Positions 24,772 to 34,738 of a DNA stretch of 64,000 nucleotides are shown here, piece by piece. The translations under genes were made by a program, and so were the position numbers. The first letter of the stretch is position 1; each line of letters starts with the position of its first letter. This DNA is from Hyaloraphidium curvatum SAG 235-1. Lineage: Eukaryota; Fungi; Monoblepharomycota. The notes beneath the pieces were generated by a model that did not search any database, was not told the DNA's origin, and worked only from the letters and a program-made list of their open reading frames with translations. The DNA lies in the NCBI GenBank assembly GCA_025558095.1, contig JAIVFI010000002.1:496001-560000 (forward strand), read 5' to 3'.

Positions 24772-24817
24772 TAATGTTTTGCGAGTGCCCACACTTGCAA
24801 ACTCGCTAGACTAAGCG

Positions 24818-26464
24818 ATGGCCACTGGCTCGACTGTGTACCACATAACTGAAGCATTGGTTGTTTTCGTTCTGTTTGCCCTTCTATATGCTGGGACGCA
24901 TTTGTCAAACGACGATGTTTCGAGAACGGAGGACACGCCCCAGGAGATTACACAACCACGCGAAATGGTACCCTCCATCACAAACTATCCGGTAGCGCTC
25001 AGGTCATTGATTACCAAAGCCAACTACACTGGGCTTTCGAATCTCCTATACTTCGGTGACACTCTGCGATTCACTCTTTGCACAAATCCTGTCAACGAGT
25101 CCATACGGTGGGCCTATGCCACCTTGGAAAGCGCAGACACAATTTCCGGCGTTATTGGAACCCAAATAGCGTCATGGTGCTACGAGTTTCAGCACACGTT
25201 TGATCTGCCGGGGACGTACTCGATTTCCATCGATCTAATCACGCCGAAAGGCTTTATTCCCGTACAGGACAGGCGAGGTTTCAATATTTCTGTCACTGGA
25301 GCATCATTTAGGAGGAGAGAAAAACCAAGATGCAGAAGCGGGCCAACTGACAATGGATTATGGCTGCGGTGTGGTTCAACATTCTCTGCTGGCATTCGCA
25401 ACTGTCTCCGGTGGGGCTGGGTATTCGAACCGTCAGACTGCCATTACGAGATCTGGTCCCATGGTGACCTGAAGCGAAAATTCTTCAGCAACAGCAAGGC
25501 AGGCAAAAGATGGATTGTTTTTCTGGGTGATAGTGTGATGCGAGGGGTGTTTCTATCAGCTGTGGATCTCCTATTGAACACAACTGGAGGAGAACTTCAC
25601 ACGATTGCGAAATGCTGGGGCAGGCTAGATGTAGAGTGGGGCAGGATTCGACTTACTTACCAGGATTTTCGTGCTTTTTCATATGGTAGGTATCCACCAT
25701 GGTCATCTCACCAAGATTTTGAATGCCATGGAAACGTCACTGCACTGGACTTCTTTCAACTTCAGGAGAATGGCACAGAGTTTATGCGGCGCCTCTTCAG
25801 CTCAACCACCCGGGCACCCACAGCAGTTGTGTTTCCCTTGCACATCGCTACCGACCCTAGAATTGCAAGTAACCTACTCCAGCTCCCGCAGTCTTACACC
25901 GGACAACTAATTGCCATCGCTTTCCCTAACTTGGTGCAATCTATTGGGATTCCACCCCAGAAAGTCCCACCACTGATGCAGGAAGCACAGAGTATTGTCT
26001 TTTTACATCCTGTTGACTTTGTTTATGCTCCGATACTTGCCATTCCACTGCTTCGTACAGGTGAAGGGGGAGTGACGTCGTTGTCCCAGCATTGGCACAG
26101 AGATACTCGGCAAGGAGAACCTTGGGGCATCGATGGACTCCTTACTGACATGTTGGCTCAGGTAGTCTTCAACCAAGCACTGGGTGCTAAACTTCCAGGG
26201 TATGCAATTTCGTCAAGCGTGGAAGAGTCTCGCATCTGTATGGACTGTCCTCCTGGACTTCTCCCCTTTCACATTTACCCAGAGCCCAACATGACATGCC
26301 ACAGTGGAGTCATAGGTGACAGAACGAACATATCGGTTGGTCAGCATGTTCATGCCGCCCCGAAATGCCCGGAATCTTGCATGCAAAGGCGTCCCACCCA
26401 CAATGTAGCCACACAATCCGGTGTTGTTGAAGGAAGAATATGTCACGCAGAAGTTATGCCTTGA
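24818..26464 (+). CDS. Type II membrane SGNH (NXPE/PC-esterase-like) putative polysaccharide O-acetyltransferase
   Basis: TM ALVVFVLFALLYAG; Ig-like FDLPGTYSISIDL; WVFEPSDC; WIVFLGDSVMRG (GDS nucleophile motif); C-terminal QHWH. Intact 548-aa intronless ORF. Confidence 0.75.
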   Translation: MATGSTVYHITEALVVFVLFALLYAGTHLSNDDVSRTEDTPQEITQPREMVPSITNYPVALRSLITKANYTGLSNLLYFGDTLRFTLCTNPVNESIRWAYATLESADTISGVIGTQIASWCYEFQHTFDLPGTYSISIDLITPKGFIPVQDRRGFNISVTGASFRRREKPRCRSGPTDNGLWLRCGSTFSAGIRNCLRWGWVFEPSDCHYEIWSHGDLKRKFFSNSKAGKRWIVFLGDSVMRGVFLSAVDLLLNTTGGELHTIAKCWGRLDVEWGRIRLTYQDFRAFSYGRYPPWSSHQDFECHGNVTALDFFQLQENGTEFMRRLFSSTTRAPTAVVFPLHIATDPRIASNLLQLPQSYTGQLIAIAFPNLVQSIGIPPQKVPPLMQEAQSIVFLHPVDFVYAPILAIPLLRTGEGGVTSLSQHWHRDTRQGEPWGIDGLLTDMLAQVVFNQALGAKLPGYAISSSVEESRICMDCPPGLLPFHIYPEPNMTCHSGVIGDRTNISVGQHVHAAPKCPESCMQRRPTHNVATQSGVVEGRICHAEVMP

Positions 26465-27063
26465 GGGTATCCAGCGGTTAACAAACTACCAGTTCCCGAC
26501 GTTCGCCCTAAGTGGCGCGAGTTTCTTATGGCGCCGACTCAAAGGTTGAGCTGAGTAGCGACATGGTTCAGGAGCATGGTGCACTCGACCTCGGGGGCGG
26601 CATTCTTATGCTGAAGTACATATAAACAGTACCCAGGAGATGCCGTTCTGGACTGTGGAGCAAACATAGGGTCGCACGGGTTACTCTTTGCCGCTGCCGG
26701 TTACGAAACACATGCGTGCGAGCCGTCCTAATTCCCCATACCAACACATCCGCCCGATCGGCCGCCGCTGCCTTCGCTGTCGCTCGCTTCTGCAGTAAAC
26801 GCTTCAGGACAACGTCCTTGCTCCCGGGTGATGCTCCTTGCCCGAGGCTCCGCGATACCGTTCGCCGGGAGCTCTCAGGGCAGAATGGCATAGGGACAAC
26901 TCTAGCCCTTCGCTCCACCGGAGGAGGTTCGCCGCCTGCACGGGCCACTCGTCCTCGTGTACTTGCGGGCTCTTGCCCAAAGAAGCCGGCGCTGGCGTTT
27001 CTCTAGTAAGAGGTCGGTCCATTGATGGGTTGACGAAGGGTCTGGTCCTAATTCATGGCGTCC

Positions 27064-29325
27064 CTACAGGTCCAGATGGCATGCCTTCGGTCTCGGAATC
27101 ACGTCTGGTGCCCCTGAAAGCATGCTAAGACCGCATTGGGTGCATCTCTCCATTTGCATCAGATTGATGACCTTGCCGTACTTGCTATCCCGTGGCTCCG
27201 AAAAGTGTCTTGCACACTCTTTTGGAAGCACTGTGAAGTTAGTCCAAGACTCGACAGCATATAAATGTGGTTCATAGATTGTGCCGTAAACAGCCAGTGT
27301 GTTGAACTCGCTAAACATGGTGTTGTTCGGATTCCATGAAAACTGTGGTCTGAAAACGTGCTTAACCATGGCATCAAATGGCATCCTGTGCAACGTCTCA
27401 ATATGCTTCCTCGCACCAAGTATAGTGCTGCGGTGCAGTAGCACTGGGGTCCTCGAGATGTAGTAATGCAAGGCTGTTTTGACACCAAGGGCAAATTCTG
27501 TGCCATGTTTCCACATCAATGTGCCATTGTTGCCAGCAAAAATCACTTTGCCGTTTCTCATAAAGCAGTCTGCTGTCACGGGGCGCTGGAACACAGCGTC
27601 AGCCTCAACAAACAAAATAAGTGTGTCGGATTCTTGAAGATACTTGTCGGCTGTGAACTTCGCATATACTTGGTGAAAATAGTCATCTCGCCCCAGTCGC
27701 CTGTCGCGCTCTACTTCAGATTCATTCGGTGCCACCGCACCTCGCACCACTTCCGGGACATCCATGGGTACGATTTGGGCGTACGGTGGTGCCGCGTGCC
27801 GCACATCGTCCACCTCATTACGGACAACAGGTATGACTATGCGCTTGTAGCATGGCATGAGAAGCTCGAAGTTTCGGAACCAAGTGGCTGTCAGCCCAAC
27901 ATCCCGACTGGTCAACATGAAAAACACAGTTGCTTCGTCAAGGAAAGGGTCCACACGGCACACACGGCCAAAATGTTTTTCTGAGTACCGCCATCCCAAT
28001 GGTAATGAACCTGGCCCAGACTGCAAACAGGTGACTAACGACGGGTCTGCGGTAATTTCTGAAGTTAGCACATTGGCAATTTTCTCGGCAGCATGACCAT
28101 CCCCATAGGGCCAAGTAATCCGGGACATGGAGTCGCGTAGGCCGTTTTCGTTAAACAGTATAGCCGTGACTGCTTGCACTATCAAGGACGTGTTTGTTCC
28201 CACCAGCTTCGCGACACCGTAATCGATACCCTCTGGACGCTCCGTGACCTCCCTGAGAACAATGACAGGCACATGAAAGCTTGTTGACTCTTCTTGCAGT
28301 CCTCCCGAGTCCGTCACTACAATATCTGCGTATGTCCCAAGCACGGTCACGGTGACGCCATAGGCAAGAGGTGGCAGGAGGTGCATCCGATCTACACCAT
28401 AGAACTCTTTCAAAAATACGTCATGCACAGCAGGGTTGGGATGCACAGGGAGCAAGACATGCAGGTGCTGGTGCATATCAAGTAGCAAGCGTACAGCGGA
28501 AATAATGTTCGTAAGTTCGCCGTGGTTTTCGCGTCTGTGGCACGTCAATAACATAACTAGCTCCCCGTTTGCACGCCGCTGTCTCTCTAAATGTGATATG
28601 CCGTGGTCAACAAAGAACTGCACGAAAGCTGGATTTTGCGGCTGGCGCGACATTTCAAGCACCGAATCAATGACGGTGTTGCCCGTGACCCATATCCTGT
28701 CTTCTCGGACCCCTTCCGTAAGAAGCGCACTCGCCGCCCGCTTCGTGGGCGCAAAGTTAAAGCATGACGCGGCGGCGATTGACTTCCGATTGAACTCCTC
28801 CGGGAAAGGAGCTCCCACACGATAGGTCCGCAACCCGGCTTCAACATGTGCCAGTGGCGTCCGTGCATAAAAGGCAGCGTGCGATCCTGCAAGCGCAGTT
28901 GTCGTGTCTCCTTGCACAAGCACAACACGAGGACGATAGTGCTCAATCGCGCGCTCAATTGCAAGAGCACAGCGACTGAAAAGGCTCAACAAAGACTGGC
29001 CTGCTTGCATCGCGTTGCTGAGGTGTGGCCCATGCGTTTCAACCGGGATAGCCAACTCTTTTAGAAGTCCATTTAGCATTTGTGCGTGCTGTCCAGTGGT
29101 GATTACCGCAATCGAAATGCCATCTCGACGTCGTATCTCCTTGATGACAGGAGCCAGCTTTATGGCTTCTGGCCGTGTGCCAACAACAGCCAGGATGTCA
29201 ACGTGGTTCTTGCTTCCGGGTGTCCTAGCTTCGATCCGTCTAGACAAGTAGATGACAAGGACACTTAATGTGACCACCAAGAGCAGAGTCGCGAGCGAGC
29301 GCAATGACCGAAGTCCTATCCGCAT
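27064..29325 (-). CDS. Signal anchor + non-hydrolysing UDP-GlcNAc 2-epimerase (WecB-like) + glycosyltransferase-like domain, copy 1
   Basis: TM LATLLLVVTLSVLVIYL; GTRPEAIK, TGQH, QGDTTT, HVEAGLR, PFPEEFNR, HRREN, TDSGGLQEE, ERPEG, PYGDG; then YFHQVYAKFTADKY...FVEADAVFQRP...FSEFNTL. 753 aa, intronless. Confidence 0.92.
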   Translation of the reverse strand: MRIGLRSLRSLATLLLVVTLSVLVIYLSRRIEARTPGSKNHVDILAVVGTRPEAIKLAPVIKEIRRRDGISIAVITTGQHAQMLNGLLKELAIPVETHGPHLSNAMQAGQSLLSLFSRCALAIERAIEHYRPRVVLVQGDTTTALAGSHAAFYARTPLAHVEAGLRTYRVGAPFPEEFNRKSIAAASCFNFAPTKRAASALLTEGVREDRIWVTGNTVIDSVLEMSRQPQNPAFVQFFVDHGISHLERQRRANGELVMLLTCHRRENHGELTNIISAVRLLLDMHQHLHVLLPVHPNPAVHDVFLKEFYGVDRMHLLPPLAYGVTVTVLGTYADIVVTDSGGLQEESTSFHVPVIVLREVTERPEGIDYGVAKLVGTNTSLIVQAVTAILFNENGLRDSMSRITWPYGDGHAAEKIANVLTSEITADPSLVTCLQSGPGSLPLGWRYSEKHFGRVCRVDPFLDEATVFFMLTSRDVGLTATWFRNFELLMPCYKRIVIPVVRNEVDDVRHAAPPYAQIVPMDVPEVVRGAVAPNESEVERDRRLGRDDYFHQVYAKFTADKYLQESDTLILFVEADAVFQRPVTADCFMRNGKVIFAGNNGTLMWKHGTEFALGVKTALHYYISRTPVLLHRSTILGARKHIETLHRMPFDAMVKHVFRPQFSWNPNNTMFSEFNTLAVYGTIYEPHLYAVESWTNFTVLPKECARHFSEPRDSKYGKVINLMQMERCTQCGLSMLSGAPDVIPRPKACHLDL

Positions 29326-29535
29326 GGCGTTCCCCCCAGAGCTAATTGGAGTTAGCGTCGTGGTTTTGGTTTTCGCAGTTAGTGGTGCAGGGAAGCGCAC
29401 CGAAAATGTTCTAAACGGAGTTTAGGGTCGGGCTCTATTGCATTTTTCTCCAAAGCTTGCCCACCCCGCGCGCGCGCGCAATCAGGCACCAAACGTCCTC
29501 GAATCTGTCCCCCCCCCAGCCCACGGAGGAAGGCA

Positions 29536-31970
29536 ATGGCGCGTCCGCAGGACCCGGAAAAGTTTCAGATTTCATGCGCTCTATGTGACACTTGCGTCGT
29601 CTGCAACAGGAACTGCAGGCAGCGCGACGCCCACAAGTCCACGCTCCAGAAGGCCGGCCGCCCTTCCGACTACTTGCGCTGGATCACCTTGAGCCGTGAC
29701 AATGCCGAAGTCTGCGGCACGAGAATCAAGGGACAGAAGAAGCTCCAGGCCGGCGACCACTCCGTGTGCAAGACGTGCTACGAGGCAGTCCGAGCTGCAG
29801 GTCGGTTCCCGTTTGAATTCTGGAGGCAGCCGGACTGACAGCACTCCTCCCCTTCAGGAAAACAAGGCACTACTACGAGCAATGAGGACGTCGACAGCGC
29901 GGACGCGGAGAGCTGGGATTTCAAGTGCGTCTGCGGTGCCGAGGGGCACGACTTCGACGACGGCAAGCCCATGATCGATTGCGACGAGTGCAAGGTTTAC
30001 CAGCACACAAGGTGCAACGGCATCAACAAGAGGCCCGGCAAAAGCATGAGCTGGATTTGCTCGGGCTGCCAGCAAGGGAAAGGTGGGCACTGGATGGTGA
30101 TTCGTCACGACCGTTACCATCCCCAAGCCACCACGCAGAAGATGACGCCCAACAGGCTCCGAAGAAAGCACGCACGAGCAAGAAGCATCAGACGCAGAGC
30201 ACCGTACACAAGCCCGCTGTGGTTATCGAGGAATCCGAGCCGGCATCGGCACCTGTCGACGACACACCGTCCAGAATCACCCACGCTCTGCCCAAACCGC
30301 CGCCCACCCCTTCGAGCGAGTCGTCCGTGGTGGTGGAGGCCGCCTACTTCGAATGGGGGCCCAAGCGGAAGAAGGGAGGAAAGAAGGCAGACGAGAAACC
30401 GACGAAGCCATTGACGGCCAAGGAGAAGGCCGAGCTCGCTACCATCTATGAGGGTATGGAATCGCAGCAATCGCGCTTTTTCTTGCATTACGCTCACACG
30501 CGATGTTCCAGTCAAGTTTGCGGCTGTAACTGGCACCAAGATGATGGGCTCTACGATGTCCACCGACCAGCTCGATCTGGGGCCGATTGACAGCATCACC
30601 ATCGCGGCGTTCTTGGGTCAAGCTGCCAAGCAGATCCATAGCCCCAATTGGCACATCGGCATATTCGTTCCGCACCGCTCGGACGGGGCACCTCTGCTCA
30701 CCTACATCTCGGGCAACCATAACTCGACAAAGCCCAAAGACGTGCATGTCTGCCACGTTACCGATGACGAGGCGCTTCGTAACTTGCTGCGCCGGCGGCA
30801 GCTCATTCCGGGAATCGACATTGTGGAGGTCAAGGGCATCACGTTTGGCTTGTCCCAGGCCGGCGCTCTCGGTGCCCGCCCCTGTTCGACCCCGCCGCCG
30901 TCCAGGCTGCCACACAGACAGCCAACCCCTTTGGGACGTCGACCGGTGTGGTAGGATTCGGCGTCTTTGCTGGTTATGTCTATGTCGACGAGACTTCCGT
31001 GGCCCGAGCAGGTCACTGGCGGGAGAGAAGTTGGAACAGCTGGCACAACATCCAGCCTGCCCGATCGTTTGTCTAAGCTCAACAAGCTCTACATTCCCGT
31101 GTGCAAGACGAGGGGCCACACGCACGTCGGGGACCTGATGACCCGGGTTCACGGCCCACGCTGTTTCCTGATGCACGGTATGTGCCACGGCCAGTTCGAC
31201 CTTCAGGACTCCCATCATTGGGTACGGATGGCCGTATGTATCGTTACTTTACCGCGTTGTCTTGTACGCTTACACCGAATTCAGATAGAGACGGAAAAGA
31301 AAGGCTTGACCCCGACCGACCCCGACTACGTCGACTTCAAAAGCCCCCCGGGCGGAACGACGGCTCTCGACGCCATTCGGGCATCGCTTCGGAAGCAAGG
31401 TCTTGCCAGGACCGTTCCTGTCATGTCCAAGCCGGACTGGGGCACTGGTGGTGCCCCCCGAGAACAGATGACGGGAACCCGTTCATGAGCCCCCTCGCTG
31501 CCCCCAACGCGGGCCCCTCGCCAGGTGCGACCGTGCGTACAGCGTCTTTCACACCCATCTGGATGCATCTCCATATTGCAGGCGTGACTGAGCCTATGGC
31601 CTTTACGCCCGACGGCCCCATGGGCAACTTCAAGCCGACCTACTCCGTTTCGCTGAGCAAGCGCAACGATGACGGCGAGATTGCCGCATCAGCTCCGTTG
31701 TGGCCCAAGGAGAGACTTCTTGGGGACGAGACCGTCTGGAGCATCGTCACGAAGTGTCCCCAGTTCAAAGATCACCACAAGGCCGAGTGGCAGGACCCTG
31801 CAGGGGAAAAGACCATGACCTTTCACCTCCTCCCCTTCGAGATGCTTTCTCCCCAGCAGAAGCTCATCGACGTTCCCGCCGTTGAAGGGCACATTGCTTT
31901 GTACTGCCTCCCTGGGAAGCGCACCAAGGATGTTGTCATGGTCGGGTCCGATCTGTACAGCAACTCGTGA
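29536..31970 (+). CDS. Zinc-finger + PHD-finger protein, multi-exon, transposon passenger
   Basis: Exon 1 has CALC...CVVC...CKTC. Exon 2 has the PHD finger WDFKCVCG...DDGKPMIDCDECKVYQHTRC...WICSGC. 3' exon structure is uncertain. Confidence 0.7.
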
Positions 31971-32013
31971 ACGAATTCAACATCTGTTATTTGCAAGTAA
32001 TCGCAACGTTACA

Positions 32014-32783
32014 TTAGTAGCCGTGTACTCGTTTAGCAGTCAAAGTCAATGCGATATCCCGCCCCTTGAAGCAAGCCCGTGCCATGGCCTCAGTAATCTG
32101 AGTGCACATGAAGTTGATAGCGTCCTTTGCGTCTGGAAACGTCCTGACAAAGTCCTCGTACCTCCTCATGAGCTGCTTGAGGTGAAAAAGGGAGTGCTCA
32201 ATGGGGTCAAAGTCCGGGGAGTATGGTGCCAGGAACTCGAGGAAAACTCCGAATCTCTCGCAGAGAGGACGAATGCGCGGATCTTGTGGATGCTTGCATT
32301 GTCCGGAAGGATGACACTGAACGTTGGAATGCGTGGGAGGAGGTCCTTCTCGAGAAAGTCGCAAAAGTCAGCCCCTTTGATTGACCGACCCCTCTTGAAT
32401 GCGCCAAGCAACGTAGCCATTCATGTCCATAGCGGCCAGGATGCTGTACTTTTGGCCCCTCACAAACGGAACGGAAGCAATCGCACGTAGCCCAATGGGA
32501 GCCCAGCCGTACTTGTGTTCTCGTTGTACCCTGATTCGTCCACGGCTACGATCATTCGCGGGTCGTACTTTGATATCCTCAGCTGGAAATCAATGCGCTG
32601 TGCTTCGCAGCGCTCCTTTGCCGCCGTCTCGACGACCTTCCGGGTGATTCCGTTCCGGTGGAGCAGTTCCCAAAGAGCACTGACGGAGAACTGTACTCCA
32701 TAGGCATCCGCGACGCGCGAGACGATCTGATCCAGGTAGAGAGTGTTGTTTGCCACGACGAAGTCTACGACTTGCTGCTCCTA
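32014..32783 (-). pseudogene. IS630/Tc1 DDE transposase, frameshifted and 5'-truncated
   Basis: LYLDQI...GITRK; VAVDESG; KYSILAA; ILPDNASIHK; FLAPYSPDFDPIE, spread over several frames. Confidence 0.9.
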
Positions 32784-34010
32784 TAGTTGATCATCGCCGT
32801 ACAATGTCTCGGGTGTGAGCGCCTGGCATCCATATCGTTGCCGTTGGCACACAAGAAAGCGATAGGAGTGAAAGAACACACAGAGGGATGAGACAAGCTG
32901 CCTTGCCTTCCGATCTATCTGATCTGGCTGGCTCTTTTAAGCTAATTGTCTTTTTCCAGCTCGTCATCGTCATCCTCCCTCGGGTAAGATCCCTGAAGAA
33001 GAGTGGCTGCTTGTTCTTTGTCCTACATCACCGTCTCTGGTCAAGAAAACATGGAGCAAAGCCTCATCCTTTCTACTTACTACATCTGATGCCGTGCCTC
33101 TCTCCAAATCACCCGTAACAGGAGCCGATGTCTCCGAGGCGGGATAGCGCATGTAAATGTACGTCGCAACAAACACGTTGCACACGCCTATAGCATTTGT
33201 GTAAGAAATCGGAGCCGAAAAAAGAGCAGCTGACAAGAGGAGGAGAATGGCCGTCGAAAAGGTGGTGGCGACGCTCTTGACAATGGCATCGGCATACTTA
33301 TAGACAGCGGTAATCACGATACCCATCAGAGAGTTGAGAACAACGACAAGAATGGCAAGGAAACTGTATCCCTCGAAAAAACCAGGCTCCGGATTCTCAT
33401 TTCCGGCCAGACCGATCGACTTTATCAGAAAAGCTACATTGTTGAACAGAAAGCCAGTGAAATATAGCAGAATATTGATAGCGTGCAAGGACAATGCTGC
33501 TGTCTTCGTCACATGATCATTGTAGGCTCCATTTGCCGCCGTCATGGTGACCTGGACCAGCAGGATGATGTAGCCCACCAGTGGTGCCGCCACCGTCTGC
33601 TTGCACTCATTGTACTGAAATTGCACGAGCCCAAGCATTTGAATCGCCATGGCAATCCATTGCAATTGCGAAATTGGTCTCGATAGTATGAAGAAGAGGA
33701 TGAACGCCGTCAAGAAAGTGGACCCAGACTTGACGAGCTGAATTGTACCCGGCGATGCCAGCAGAAAGGCATAAAAAGCAAGATGGTTATTAACCGCGTA
33801 CGAGAAAGACAGAAGACTTATGTTCCGCAGCAGTGTCGGTGACACAGAGGTTCTGAAATCGTTCACGATTGTCCAAAGCTCATTTAGGAAACTCGCCGGG
33901 CTCCGAACACTCTCGCACTTCCTGTCCAAGGACGACACATACAGTACGGCAGAAAGCCCAAGTTTAAAGAGTTCGGACATTGCCAGAGCTGAAGCCTGAG
34001 AGAACTCATA

Positions 34011-34714
34011 GACGCACATGCTGTCCTGGTCACGACGACATTTGCGCGGCCATCCGCGCGGCGCTTCGCTCCATCCCGCTCCTCCGCGTGCACCCCATGC
34101 CGCCAAACCTCCTTGCGCATGGCTACGAGACTGTCACCCCGCCCACGCCTGCGGATGCTGGCCGCCTTGGCGACATTCTCATCACGCACCGCGAAACCCG
34201 GAAACGGTGGTTGCTCGAGATCAAGACCCTCACCTCTATGGCCCATTTGCACACGGGCCTGGTCTTCTCGGTCCCGGGCCACGCAGTCGAACGGCGGGTC
34301 GAGGCCGCCAGGAAGGACTACTCCCGTTTCGCCTTCAACGCCAACTTCTACCCTCTGATCGTGCTTGCTTTTGATTCGTACAGCGCTGTCTCTGCCACTT
34401 TCTCGCGCTTCTCCTCGGAGATGGGGCGCATCCAGTATCCCGGGATCGTCGGCCGCGATGGGCAGCCCGTGGACCTCGATGGCCTTTACTCTCGTTTTGT
34501 GCGGCGCTTCCGCGAACGGATCGCGGTGGCCTGGGCTCTTGGCGTCGCGGCCCAACTCCAACACTGGCTTCAGCTGTGCACCGAAGCCGCCGCTGTCAAC
34601 GCTCCGGCCCCCGCGCCGGTCGCTTTTGGTTTGAATGTAGATGAGGAGCTGATTCTTGGGGCGTAGGGGGATTTCTAAGTGTACGGTGGGATTGCTAGCT
34701 CCTCATTACACACA
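34011..34714 (+). mobile_element. Internally deleted copy of the CRE-like non-LTR element
   Basis: The first 14 nt GACGCACATGCTGT (equal to 34715-34728) join through a GT microhomology to sequence matching 42831-43509. Ends CATTACA-CACA. Confidence 0.9.
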
Positions 34715-34738
34715 GACGCACATGCTGTTGCACACGAC

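Larger units (their letters stand above)
22048..24797 (-). mobile_element. Left-truncated copy of the TIR element at 54630-57308, in inverted orientation
   Basis: Ends ...GCGAGTGCCCACACTTG at 24797. 23372-24200 and about 23175-23320 match the reverse complements of about 54740-55530 and 56090-56225. Confidence 0.8.
29438..32783. mobile_element. IS630/Tc1-type DNA transposon with passenger gene; right end lost
   Basis: TA then TTGCATTTTTCTCCAAAGCTTGCCCACCC, the same TIR family as the MITE at 24232. The transposase is cut off where the duplicated segment begins at 32784. Confidence 0.78.

Noticed and set aside
24818-29325. Bacterial contamination or a chimeric contig
   Set aside because: The genes have eukaryotic type II anchors, sit among intron-containing genes and eukaryotic transposons, and are duplicated locally.
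32970-34106. 378-aa ORF as an intact transporter
   Set aside because: Its N-terminus is antisense retroelement sequence; the true first TM segment lies at 46579-46689.
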